Assembly: GCF_006345805.1 (NCBI RefSeq)
Contig: NC_042997.1
Coordinates: 106,082,001-106,146,000 of the forward strand
Origin: Octopus sinensis
Lineage: Eukaryota
Length of the DNA: 64,000 nt
Direction: 5' to 3'
In this document: piece by piece, positions 12,870 to 24,177 of the stretch
Numbering within the stretch: position 1 is the stretch's first letter
Layout of the letters: each line of letters starts with the position of its first letter
The notes under the pieces: generated by a model
What the model was told of the DNA's origin: nothing
Database searches by the model: none
The model's input: the letters and a program-made list of their open reading frames with translations, nothing else
Program-made: the position numbers and the translations under genes

Positions 12870-13728
12870 CACCGTGTTGAGTAAAGAGGTTCTGTTAATC
12901 GTATGAGCTAGCAAATGGGTTTGTATGAATCGGGAGACAACACTAAACGAAAAATTGAAAAATCAGAGTGGCTATGAACCTGTAGACAAGTCTAAACGAA
13001 AAAAAAATGTTGAGCTAGACAGGGTAATGAGGGAATACTGAAAGAATGAGGACAATACAATGAGATGGAAATTGAAGAATAGAGAAAGAATAAGAATAAG
13101 TGCAAGAAAGAGGTAGTCGTAGCGAGGTTGGACGATTCACTTAATTTTAGCCATTCATGATCTGTGCGTATTCTTTAGATATTTTGAAGCGAGTGGGGTT
13201 AACGATAAATGCGATCGCTCTTTTATATGGCGATGATGGGTTGGAAGGGGGGGCATAGAGAACCATGGCGATGATGGTTATGGGAAGGGGGGACATAGAG
13301 AGAGAGAGATAGGGTTAGTTAGAGAGAGAGGTCAAGGGACACGTGACAATAAGGGGTGTGAGGGAATTTGAATGGGGACGGCATTGTCGATAAATAAACA
13401 TTAGATAAATAGGTTTGAAAATCAGAGAAAAATCAGAGGGAATATCATTATTGATAGCTAATATAACACCGTGTCTGAGTAAAGAGGTTCTGTTAATCGT
13501 ATGAGCTAGCAAGGGGTTTGTATGAATCGGGAGACAACACTAAACGAAAAATTGAAAAATAAGAGGGCTATGAACCTGTAGACAAGTCTAAACGAAAAAA
13601 AATGTTTGAGCTAGACAGGGTAATGAGGGAATACTGAAAGAATGAGGGACAATACAATGAGATGGAAATTGAAGAATAGAGAAAGAATAAGAATAAGTGC
13701 AAGAAAGAAGGTAGTCGTAGCGAGGTTA
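12870..13728. repeat. About 260-bp direct repeat pair (12870-13128 and 13468-13728) upstream of the RTE ORF
   Basis: Both copies run from GAGTAAAGAGGTTCTGTTAATCGTATGAGCTAGCAA to GGTAGTCGTAGCGAGGTT and differ mostly by 1-nt indels. Confidence 0.9.
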
Positions 13729-13729
13729 T

Positions 13730-13789
13730 GCATATATATATTATGTTATATATATACATTATATATATATATGTTATATAATATGTAGG

Positions 13790-13820
<31 letters not shown>

Positions 13821-13901
13821 GTATGTATGTATTATATATGCATATATATGTATATATATGTATATATATATATATATATACATATATACATATATACATA
13901 T

Positions 13902-13939
<38 letters not shown>

Positions 13940-13956
13940 TTATATATATATATACA

Positions 13957-14012
<56 letters not shown>

Positions 14013-14029
14013 TTATATATTATATATAC

Positions 14030-14127
<98 letters not shown>
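13730..14127. repeat. (TA)n microsatellite
   Basis: Direct reading. Confidence 0.95.
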
Positions 14128-14128
<1 letters not shown>

Positions 14129-14355
14129 GACAGTTTCCTTTCAGTTCCCGTCTACAAAATCCACAGACAAGGCTTTGGTCGACCGAGGCTATAGTAAAAG
14201 ACGCTTGCCCAAAGTGCCACGCAGTGGGAATGAACCGCAACCATGTGGTTGGGAAGCAAGCTTCTTACCACACAGCCACGCATGCGCTTATGTTACTTAT
14301 GTTCTCTTTCTGAAATAATGGGATGTCACTGTCGTCTCGTCTGGTTTCTATTGCA
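14124..14355 (-). repeat. Right arm of inverted duplication (family A SINE 5' half plus flank)
   Basis: Reverse complement of 8292-8525, including the non-SINE flank TGCAATAGAAACCAGACGAGACGACAGTGACATCCC. Confidence 0.85.
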
Positions 14356-14471
14356 GAATTTCCTTGAGAACAATCTTTTCTTAGTGGTCAGACCATATGG
14401 GGTCTACATCTACCATGTGGAGATGTCCACCTAGCGGTCATCCCTTTTATATATATGTAATATATATTTGT

Positions 14472-14724
14472 GGGGGCCTGTGGCTTAGTGGTTAGGATGT
14501 CAGCACCATGATCGTAAGATTGTGGTTTCCATTCCTGGACCGGGCGACACGTTTTGTTCTTGTGAAAAACACTTCGTTTCACGTTGATCCTGTCCACTCA
14601 GCTAGCAAAAATGAGTAACGCTGCGATGGACTGGCGACCCGTCCAGCTGGAGAAACATATGCCTCAGATACCGCGAAACCGGGCCCATGAGACTGGCTAG
14701 GTTTTAAAAGGGCGAAAAAAAAAA
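14472..14724 (+). mobile_element. Family C-related SINE (CORE-like body plus tail Y)
   Basis: TGGCTTAGTGGTTAG A-box, CORE-like TTTCACGTTGATCCTGTCCACTCAGCTAGCAAAAATGAGTA, tail GATGGACTGGCGACCCGTCCAGCTGG...AAAAGGGCG(A)n. Confidence 0.75.
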
Positions 14725-14734
14725 TACATATATA

Positions 14735-14945
14735 TACATGTGTGTGTGTGTTTATGTCTATGTTTGTCCCCCAACTATCGCTTGGAAAGACATGTTCATG
14801 TGTTTACGTCCCTGTAACTTAGCGGCTCGGCGAAAGTGACCGATATAATAAGTCCTAGGCTTACAAAGAATAAGTCCTGGAGGGTGATTTCTTCGACTAA
14901 AAGCCTTTTAAGACAGTGCTCCTGCATAGCCGCAGTCTAACTATT
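14735..14945 (+). mobile_element. Family A SINE 3' half
   Basis: TGTTTACGTCCCTGTAACTTAGCGGCTCGGCGAAA...GAATAAGTCCTGG matches the 1515-1930 copy. Confidence 0.75.
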
Positions 14946-15566
14946 GAAGCGATTCCATGTCCATAAAAATGTGGATCAAACACTTTGACTGCTAGGATTA
15001 CAATTTAGCGTCTTTTTTTTTAACTGGTGTCGATTTTCATTTTCCTTAAATCTTCAAATATTTTAGGAAAAGCCACGAAGTCACAACTTTTAGCTACCCT
15101 CTCTGTTGTAATGTGGATCTTCGTCCACTTGTATGTTATTGTCGGTACTGTAATATTCTTGCCACCACTATTACGTTATGGCGGTATTCCACGTCTTATT
15201 ATTTTTGACTCGTTTATCATGATACCGCTGATAGCTCCGCAAGACAATGACTTTGAAACGTCTACCTTGACGGTAACTCGAACTCATATACATCACGTAA
15301 CTGACACTGACTCTAACTGAGAACTCGTACAACGATTCTACTAATACTGACTTCCTACAACGACTGGCTGTCCGACTTTATAGTGGCTGTATCATACCAC
15401 TTTGTCACGTGGGAAGGGGAGTACCATTTTCACTACAACACTTTCTTTAAATGCAAAAAATACATAGGTGCAGGTATGATTGTATAGTTAAGAAACTTGC
15501 TTGCAATTACATGGTTTCGGGTTCAGTCACACTGTACAGTACCTTAGGCCAACCAATATCTTGTGA

Positions 15567-15760
15567 GGCAGCGAGGTGGCAGAAACGTTAGTACGCCGGG
15601 CGAAATGCTTAGCGGTATTTCGTCGGTTAAAATTCCGCAGAGGTTGACTTTGTCTTTCACCCTTTCGAGGCCGATAAATTAAGCACCAGTTGCGTATTGG
15701 AGTCTAATCAACTGGCCCCTTCCCCCAAAATTTCGGTACTTGTGCCTAGAGCAGAAAAGA
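15567..15760 (+). mobile_element. Family B SINE (CCCCCAAAATTT-type tail)
   Basis: GGCAGCGAGGTGGCAGAAACGTTAGTACGCCGGGCGAAATGCTTAGCGG head; tail GGCCCCTTCCCCCAAAATTTCGGTACTTGTGCCTAGAGCAGAAAAG. Confidence 0.8.
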
Positions 15761-16169
15761 ATATCTTGTGAATGATTTTTGTACATAGAAACTCCGTGAA
15801 AGCCAATTGTGTATATTATTGTGCGTGTGTGTATGTATGTATGTATGTATGTATGTATGTATGTATGTGCCCCAGACCGCTTGGCAATCTGTATTGGCAT
15901 AAATTCCTCTAACTTAGCAGTACAGCATGACAATCTGATACAATAAGTGCCAGACTTTAGAAAGAACGTACTGGGTCGATATGTTCGACAATAATCTTTC
16001 AAAGCGATTCCCCAGCATGTTCCCGGTCCAATGATTGAAACTGGTAAAAGACAAAAGGAAAAAAAACTAAAGAATTCCTTTGTTGATGTGTGTAAGTAAT
16101 TTAATACAGATTCCGTAATGATGATGATAACATTAAGAAACAAACATAAGCGATGCAGCTGCAATATAT

Positions 16170-16390
16170 ACTCTTTACTCTTTTACTTGTTTCAGTCATT
16201 TGACTGCGGCCATGCTGGAGCACCGACTTTAGTCGAGCAAATCGACCCCGGGACTTATTCTTTGTAAGCCCAGTACTTATTCTATCGGTCACTTTTGCCG
16301 AACCGCTAAGTGACGGGGACGTAAACACACCAGCATCGGTTGTCAAGCAATGCTAGGGGGACAAACACAGACACACAAACACAGACACAC
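16170..16390 (-). mobile_element. Family A SINE 3' half
   Basis: Reverse complement of the tail and 3' body of 1515-1930. Confidence 0.8.
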
Positions 16391-16397
16391 ATACATA

Positions 16398-16428
<31 letters not shown>

Positions 16429-16651
16429 ATATATTATATATATATTATTATATTATATATATATATATATATATAATATATATATGGTCGTTTGACGTCC
16501 TAGAAAGAACAATTTAAACCCACTTTCTTAAAAGAGGTAAAATACACTGGATAAATGTGGTTCTACATACACTGTGTGCATGATCGTAATAGCTAGATTG
16601 TCTTTTAGCATAGATTTTCTCAATCAGATCCTTTATCCTTTCGGAGGAACA

Positions 16652-16952
16652 GTTGTTTGTTCCTTCTCGAGCCACGCCTGGCTCATAAGGGCCGGTTTCC
16701 CGGTTTCCTTGGTGTATAGGTTATCCACCTGGACGGGACGCCGGTTTGTCGCAGGTGAGCTGCAAGATGCAGGAGGAAAGAGTGAAAGAAAGTTGTGGCG
16801 AAAGAGTCAGCAGAAGTTGGCCATTACCTTCTGCCAGAGCTGCGTGGAGCTTAGGTGTTTCGCTCATAAACACACATGCCCAGTCTGAGATTCGAACCCG
16901 CGATCCCTCGAGCGCGAGTCCGCTGCTCTAACCACTAGGCCATGTGCCTCTA
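16652..16952 (-). mobile_element. Family C SINE (tRNA-Arg-like head, tail Y variant)
   Basis: Minus strand TGGCCTAGTGGTTAGAGCAGCGGACTCGCG...GGGTTCGAATCT; tail GGCGTCCCGTCCAGGTGG...GGAAACCGGGAAACCGGCCC. Confidence 0.8.
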
Positions 16953-16974
16953 CACCTAGATCAGATCAGGATTG

Positions 16975-17190
16975 ACTGGGGCTAAACATAGATGGGACAA
17001 ACAAGGAGAGACAAACGGATTAAGTCGATTATATCGACCCCAGTGCGTAACTGGTACTTATTTAATCGACCCCGAAAGGATGAAAGGTAAAGTCGACCTC
17101 GGCGGAATTTGAACTCAGAACGTAACGGCAGACGAAATACGGCAACGCATTTCACCTGGCGTGCTAACGTTTAAGCCAGCTCGCCGCCTT
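16975..17190 (-). mobile_element. Family B SINE monomer with Tx1-like tail
   Basis: Head GGCGGCGAGCTGGC; the body ends TTGTTTGTCCCATCTATGTTTAGCCCC. Confidence 0.8.
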
Positions 17191-18099
17191 TACCAGATAC
17201 ATACCACCATATAACAAACTATACGCAATGAAAGGCACATAGACGCACTGGTATTTCAAGTTGAACGCGCGCATCAGCGGGAACAAACGGTATCTACCGC
17301 AACAAGAATAATCACACCTGTTCATTTGATAGACAGATAACAGCAAAAGGTAAACAAACTGTTTCAATGAAACCGAGAGAGCAAGAAAGATAAACAAGGG
17401 GTTATTATTTGACACGCATTGAACTTTCGAGTAGAGAAAGAAAGATATGGACACAGTGTTGACCGTTGTGTGAAATGTCGATGTAAAGTCTAATTACCGC
17501 TCAATAGCTTGCTAAGTAGGGATGCGTTTGATTAAAGTAAATAAACACGTACAGAAACGTTTAATGTGCGCTTACTTCTCATTCTGTTATATAAAAGTCG
17601 GGGAAAGATTTGTCCAAATACTTTGCAGTGAAGCTACTACACACATTAACACCGTATACCGTTTCTTTACGAAAGACATCTAGCTCACTGAGAAGCGCTC
17701 CCGTCACATTTCTCCTCAAAATGTCACGTCTTGACATTTTAAATAAAGGATACCTTGGATACTATACACAATATGATATATAGCAATGGTGACGCAAACA
17801 GGAAAAATAGAACACAAAATATGAATATATGTATATTTTTCACTAATGTTTAGCAGAAACAACAGAGGGAATCAAGAGCCGAGAGTTTAGTGCGTTTGCA
17901 CTTACCAAACTTGGTGACAACGACGGAAACTCTCTGCCCTTGATTTATTCTGTAGCTTCTGCTAAATATTAATAATAATATTATGTGTGTGTGTATATAT
18001 ACACATACATACATACATGCATACATATATATATATAAACATATATATGCATATATATATATACATACATATATATACATAGATATATCCTACAATATA

Positions 18100-18189
<90 letters not shown>

Positions 18190-18407
18190 AATATATTGTG
18201 TAATCACGTGTGCATCGTCGGCGATTTTCTTCTTCCGTCTTCCCTTCATTTGGATTTTCCTCTATTCCTGAAGAAGAGCTTTACTCGAAACGTAAAATCT
18301 TCTTTCTTTCCTTTCTTGAGCGTCTGATAATACAGCACCTGCACCACGTCCTGGCATTGTAGTTTATTCTTGTTTTCTTTGTTTGGATTCACTATATATA
18401 TATATAT

Positions 18408-18410
<3 letters not shown>

Positions 18411-18498
<88 letters not shown>

Positions 18499-18500
18499 TA
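18411..18500. repeat. (GATA)n microsatellite
   Basis: Direct reading. Confidence 0.95.
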
Positions 18501-18513
18501 GATATAGATATAT

Positions 18514-18555
<42 letters not shown>

Positions 18556-18733
18556 ATACATATATATATATATAATCATTATTACAATAGTTTTTTTTAT
18601 CTTCCTTCGATTTTGTTTCCATTTTTTAACTAGTGTCTTCCAGACACCAAAGGAAATTATTATTATTATCATTCTTCTTCTTTTTCTTCTTCCTTTTCTT
18701 CTCTTTCTTCTTCTTCTTCTTTTTATTATTATT

Positions 18734-18734
<1 letters not shown>

Positions 18735-18797
<63 letters not shown>
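18735..18797. repeat. (TAG)n microsatellite
   Basis: Direct reading. Confidence 0.95.
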
Positions 18798-19050
18798 CAT
18801 CGTTATTATCTAAAAGAGTTTGATTTAGCCCCACGCAACTTAGTTTCGTAGGCTCGTCAGAGAAACCAAGGCGGCAGCTTGTGTCTGCTGACTTAGGTTC
18901 CTAAAAAGTAAAATTTCAGATAGTTTTTGGCTCTCTCTGGTATGTATGTATGTATGTATGTATGTATGTATGTATGTATGTATGTATGTATGCATCTATG
19001 TATGTATGTATGTATGCATGCATGTATGCATGCATGTATGTATGTATGTA

Positions 19051-19358
19051 GTCATAAAGCGAGACAGATGAGTGACAACCTGGCCACTGGTGGTGGTGTA
19101 ACACACCATACTAATCATATCTGTCGGGCATGTGGAAGAGAGTGTAATTCGGCAGGAGGACTTAAACGACATGCAAACGTACATGAAGCCCAGTTACAAC
19201 TACAGCCGGCTATTACCGGTAAAGGTTTTAGTTGCCAATTCTGTACAAGACATTGTAGATCTTTAGCTGGGCTAAAAAGTCACATTCGATCACAGCACCA
19301 ATAACAGTTAAGCTTCGTGCAATGGCCATTCTCGATAACGAGAGGGCAGCCATAATAA
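19051..19358 (+). mobile_element. 5'-truncated RTE-type LINE 3' end with two C-terminal C2H2 fingers, embedded in (TATG)n
   Basis: CRACGRECNSAGGLKRHANVH and CQFCTRHCRSLAGLKSHIRSQH*, then a short UTR with hairpin TCTCG-ATAA-CGAGA and a (TAA)n tail; (TATG)n on both sides. Confidence 0.65.
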
Positions 19359-19384
19359 TGTATGTATGTATGTATGTATGTATG

Positions 19385-19415
<31 letters not shown>

Positions 19416-19652
19416 GTAAGTATACGGCCTTATCACGTTGAATGCACCGGCTGTCGTCCGAAAGCCGGAGTTTAAAAAAACTTTGAGCAGAGGTGTAGTC
19501 AGATTCTAAGATTAATAGGGGCAAGAACATAAGAAACAAAGCGCCGCAACATATACAAAACACTGTTTAACCTCTTGTATTATAAGAAATATTTTATTAG
19601 TTGTAATATGCATTCATTAATTTTATGTTTCAGTATGTTGTTACTCAATATA

Positions 19653-19856
19653 AGGCGACGAGCTAACAGAAACGTTAGCTCGCTGGGCGAAATGCTTAGC
19701 AGTATTTCGTCTGTTTTTACGTTTTGAGTTCAAATTCCGCCGAGGTCGACTTTGCCTTTCATCCTTCGGGATCGATAAATTAAGTACCAGTTACGCACTG
19801 GGATAGATGTAATCGACTTAATGCCTTTGTCTGTCCTTGTTTGTCCCCTCTATGTT
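19653..19856 (+). mobile_element. Family B SINE, tail truncated
   Basis: GGCGACGAGCTAACAGAAACGTTAG head, GAGTTCAAATTCC B-box, ends TTTGTCCCCTCTATGTT. Confidence 0.8.
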
Positions 19857-20513
19857 CCAGCTAGGTTCCAAAACCTAGCTGTTCTTTCTAGCGTGATGAA
19901 TAGTTTTGGGACTAAATTTTTACACGCTTGGCCACTGGAAGTGAAGATTTCTATTAATTTCCATTTCCTTTCGATATAATTAAGTATTGTGAGTTTTGGG
20001 GATAATTTTCGAATTTTAAAAGTCGGTATTTTTTTTATTGCCGACTATCTCCATACGCCTGCGCAGTAGATTTGAAAAAATTAAGATGTATATACAAGAG
20101 GCATAATTGATTGCATCGTGTTTATATATTTAATCTGAGGTGTACCTGTTGATGACGATTTCATCTAGCAAATTATCTTAATTGCCAAACTAAAATCAGA
20201 AACCAATTGGTCCAGGAAACTAAATGGTAAAGTTTTTATTTTTCGCATCGTTCCTTTCGGGATTTTATCCCTAATTTTGTGGTTTTAGAACCTAGCTGTT
20301 CTTTCTAGCGTGATGAATCCCATGAGTAGATTCCTTTTATATGTTTAAATGTACACTGTATTTTATAAGTAATACATAGTATTTGGATAAAATTTTTACA
20401 CGCTTGGCCACTGGAAGTGAAAATTTCAATTAATTTCAATTTCCCTTCAATATATATTATATATATATATATTATATATAATATATATATATATATATAT
20501 AATATTATATATA

Positions 20514-20574
<61 letters not shown>

Positions 20575-20719
20575 CCGAAATTACGAAGATGATCCGGTTC
20601 TTGACTGGTAAAAATGAGTAGTATCTGTATTTCAAAGGGCCAGCCTCGTTACATCCGTGTTTTTGTGTCGTCTTCTAATGTTTCACGTTCTTGTCCCAGT
20701 TTGTATATTTTTTTACTTT

Positions 20720-20782
<63 letters not shown>

Positions 20783-21792
20783 TAAGGATAAAACCACTTC
20801 AATGATTTTATAAAGTAACCAGCGACATATGTACTGAAGAAGCAAAGAGTCTTACAACCAGATATCGTTCAACAATTAACCATATTTTTTAAAAAATATC
20901 TTATTCCTTTTTTCATCTGCCCTCTTACAACCTGTGCTAGCAGAGTATGGATGTTATTTTTATATAAATACTTTTGTATATCCGTGTATGTGCATGCATC
21001 TGTCACTGAGAATGTTATTTCATCGTGTTTGGAATCATGTATCTTTGATTATAGGTTAAGTCAAATAGATTATAAAGTCGCTTTACTGAAAGGTTTGTAA
21101 GGAAATAAAGACAAGTGTATGTTTTATATTTATGTGTATGTAATCAAGTGTGTTGTATGTATATGTTGTAAATGTGTGCGTTTGCTTATTCATATTTACA
21201 TGATGCATGTGTATATGCCTATGTATATATGTGTGCGTGTACATACATATGTGTATATATAAATATGTATGTATGTGTGTGTATGTATGTGTGTGTACGT
21301 ATGTATGTATGTGTGTATGTATGTATGTATATGTATGTATGTATGTATGTATGTATGCATATATGTATGTATGTATGTATCTATGTATGCATTTATATCA
21401 GAGTGAAAGTTTGTGTTTATGTGTTTATTTGTGTGTTGCATACGTGTCTATGGTTTTGTTTCAGCGTATGATTGTGTCCATGTACTCGTATTTCTGTGTT
21501 CGGGTGAATGTATATTTGTGTGTGTGTATGTGTGTATGCGTGTGTGTGATCGTGTGTGTATGTGTGTGTTTAAGCAAGTGTATTCGTTAATGTATTTAAG
21601 TGTATTTACAGTTTATGTAAACCATTGTTCAAGTGGACAAATCTACAAGGATGTATGTATACACAGGTCTCGATCAATGTCAAGGGAAACCACTCTAATC
21701 CTTAGTCACGAGATGTCAACATGAAAAACAGGACTGGAGGTTTCCGTCAAAATTAAACATACATACACACACACATACATACATGTGAAATA

Positions 21793-21793
21793 T

Positions 21794-21888
<95 letters not shown>

Positions 21889-21890
21889 TA
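21793..21890. repeat. (GATA)n microsatellite within a roughly 1.1 kb simple-repeat mosaic
   Basis: Direct reading. Confidence 0.9.
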
Positions 21891-21905
21891 AATAGGTATA
21901 GATAA

Positions 21906-21974
<69 letters not shown>

Positions 21975-22182
21975 CATATATATATACATATATATATATA
22001 TATAATATATATATATATATATAATATATATATAATATATATATACAGATGCATACATAATATATATATATACATACATATATATGTATATATACATATA
22101 TATATATGCATACATAAAATATACTTAATTATATACTGACATAATATATATATATATGTACATACATACATACATACATACA

Positions 22183-22215
<33 letters not shown>

Positions 22216-23357
22216 GCATACATACATACATACATATATGCATACATATTACTTAGCCACATTACCGTACTGTTCAATTTGTCTGTCAAGTTGGCACTTG
22301 TCGACCCTTTCCATGTGTAGCCCCTATCAATTATAGTCTGCCAAGCCGACCAAAATTCTCTAAGTAAATGACAAGTATTTGCAGGGTAGAGGTGAAATGG
22401 TATTAAAACCTGTCTTTATTTTGAATAGTGACAATTTGAAATACAAGGGAAGTTCACAAAGAAAAAGAAAAAGCAGTGTATTACTTGCTGATGTTGTTGC
22501 TAGTCTATGTTTGTCTTGCTGTTTTTATTGTTTTTGTTACTGTCGTGCATATACTGTTGTGGTATTACATGATTGGTCTCTAAGAGAATTCAATAACACG
22601 AGGAAATTCAACATTACATATCTCACACTGCATATATGTATGTGCTTGTGCTTGTGTTGTATTAAAACACGACTGTGTTCTAGTTTGATCGTATTTTTTT
22701 TTTTACTAATGTCTTCTTACGTTTTCGTATGTGTTACTTTCAATTTGAAACTGTAAAGTTTCAGAATTCAACACCAATATTTTTAAACCTTTCCTATCTT
22801 ATTCTGGATGAAGTGAAGCTTTCGTATTTTATTACCGATTTATAGTAAGCAAGACGTTGACATTTCTGTTTTAATAAAATTTAACATCCAGGTCAACATA
22901 TATAAAATTTCATTGTAATAAAATAAATAATTTTAATTATAAATTGTCGTAATAAAATAACATATACTACGTCGTCTATGCTAAAAATATTTCAAATGCC
23001 TTACTTGGATATGTCCACATAGGCATAAATTGTCAGAAGTACAAAGCAACTACTGGATGAAGGATTATATAGAATAAAATGAATAATAATCAACATCAGA
23101 TATTCAAAAAAATTACTAGACCAAACCATAGGACAATAGAGTTTAAATATAATGCAAATATATTTGGACTCTATCATTTAAAAAATTCACTGCATTCGAC
23201 ACTATCCTGTTGAAGATGGTAAACCACATATAAAATGTATTCCATGAATGAAATGAATACTAATTATAGAATATATATAACAAAAAAAAAGATGTAAACA
23301 AGACACAAAATTCATTGGACAACCTATATATTAACGCGAGTGATATACTACATAACA

Positions 23358-23560
23358 AGGCGGCAGGCGAGCTGGCAGAATCGTTAGCACGCTGGACAAG
23401 ATGCTTAGCGACATTTCGTCCGACTTCACGTTTCGTGTTCAAATTATGCAGAGGTCGACTTTACCTTTCATCCTTTCGGGGTCATAAAATAAGTACCAGT
23501 TGAATACTGGGGTCGATGGAATAGATTTAACACCGCCTTCGATATTACTGGCCTTGTGCC
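23358..23560 (+). mobile_element. Family B SINE (GGCCTTGTGCC..AAATTTGAAA tail)
   Basis: GGCGAGCTGGCAGAATCGTTAGCACG head; GAGGTCGACTTTACCTTTCATCCTTTCGGGGTC body. Confidence 0.75.
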
Positions 23561-23624
23561 GAAATTTGAAATTAATGTACTACATAAACACTAAAATTGC
23601 AAAATTCATGAGCAAACGAAACTG

Positions 23625-23950
23625 GCACTGTCTGTCCGTCAGTTATGATGACGGAGGTTTCAGCTGATCCAACTAACGGAAGGGCTTGCTCGCGAAATAT
23701 ACTTGAAAGTGGCTGAGCACTCCACAGACCCATGTACCCCTTAACTTAGTTCTCAGGGAGCTTCAGCGTAACACAGAATGTAACGAGGCTGGCCCTTTGA
23801 AATACAGATACTACTCATTTTTACCAGCTGAGCAGACTGTAGCAACGTGAAATAAAGTATCTTGCTCAAGAACAATACACGTTGCCGGGAATTGAACTCA
23901 CGACCTTACAATCGTGAGCCGAATATCCTAACCAGTAAGCCATGTGCCTT
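23625..23950 (-). mobile_element. Degenerate family C-related SINE (CORE-like body plus tail X)
   Basis: Minus strand GGCACATGGCTTACTGGTTAGG head, GAGCAAGATACTTTATTTCACGTTGCT body, and tail X (GTATTTCAAAGGGCCAGCC...GGAGTGCTCAGCCACT). Confidence 0.65.
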
Positions 23951-24101
23951 CACCATTACCCAACTATGTGTTTGTCAACACGCTAACCAGCAACAAATTA
24001 CTAATGAGGTTTATATATTCGATTGCAAGCGTGAAGGTTGTGTATTTCACTATATCAAATGCTATAGTGTCCATACAAGTACGATATCCTCTTCGGAAAT
24101 G

Positions 24102-24177
24102 CGATGTGCTGGTAATCAGAAATCGATGTGCTGGTAACCAGAACTACGATGTGCTGGTAACCAGGAATACGATGTGC
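24102..24177. repeat. 22-23 bp minisatellite, about 3.4 copies
   Basis: Unit CGATGTGCTGGTAACCAGAACTA. Confidence 0.85.

Larger units (their letters stand above)
8922..13728 (-). mobile_element. Near full-length RTE-clade LINE (APE endonuclease plus RT), multiply frameshifted, (GAT)n tail
   Basis: Colinear ORF pieces 12698->9536: APE motifs (GTLNVGTLKG, CMQEIRWRG, SAYAPQ, GDFNGHVG, SQIDYIL), RT motifs (EKAFDRVPR, GVHQGSVLSPLLF, ADDL) and C-terminal GRGRPRKTW. The 3' UTR ends ...GCATGGAAAACGGACGCTAAA(TGA)n. The 5' boundary is uncertain. Confidence 0.9.
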
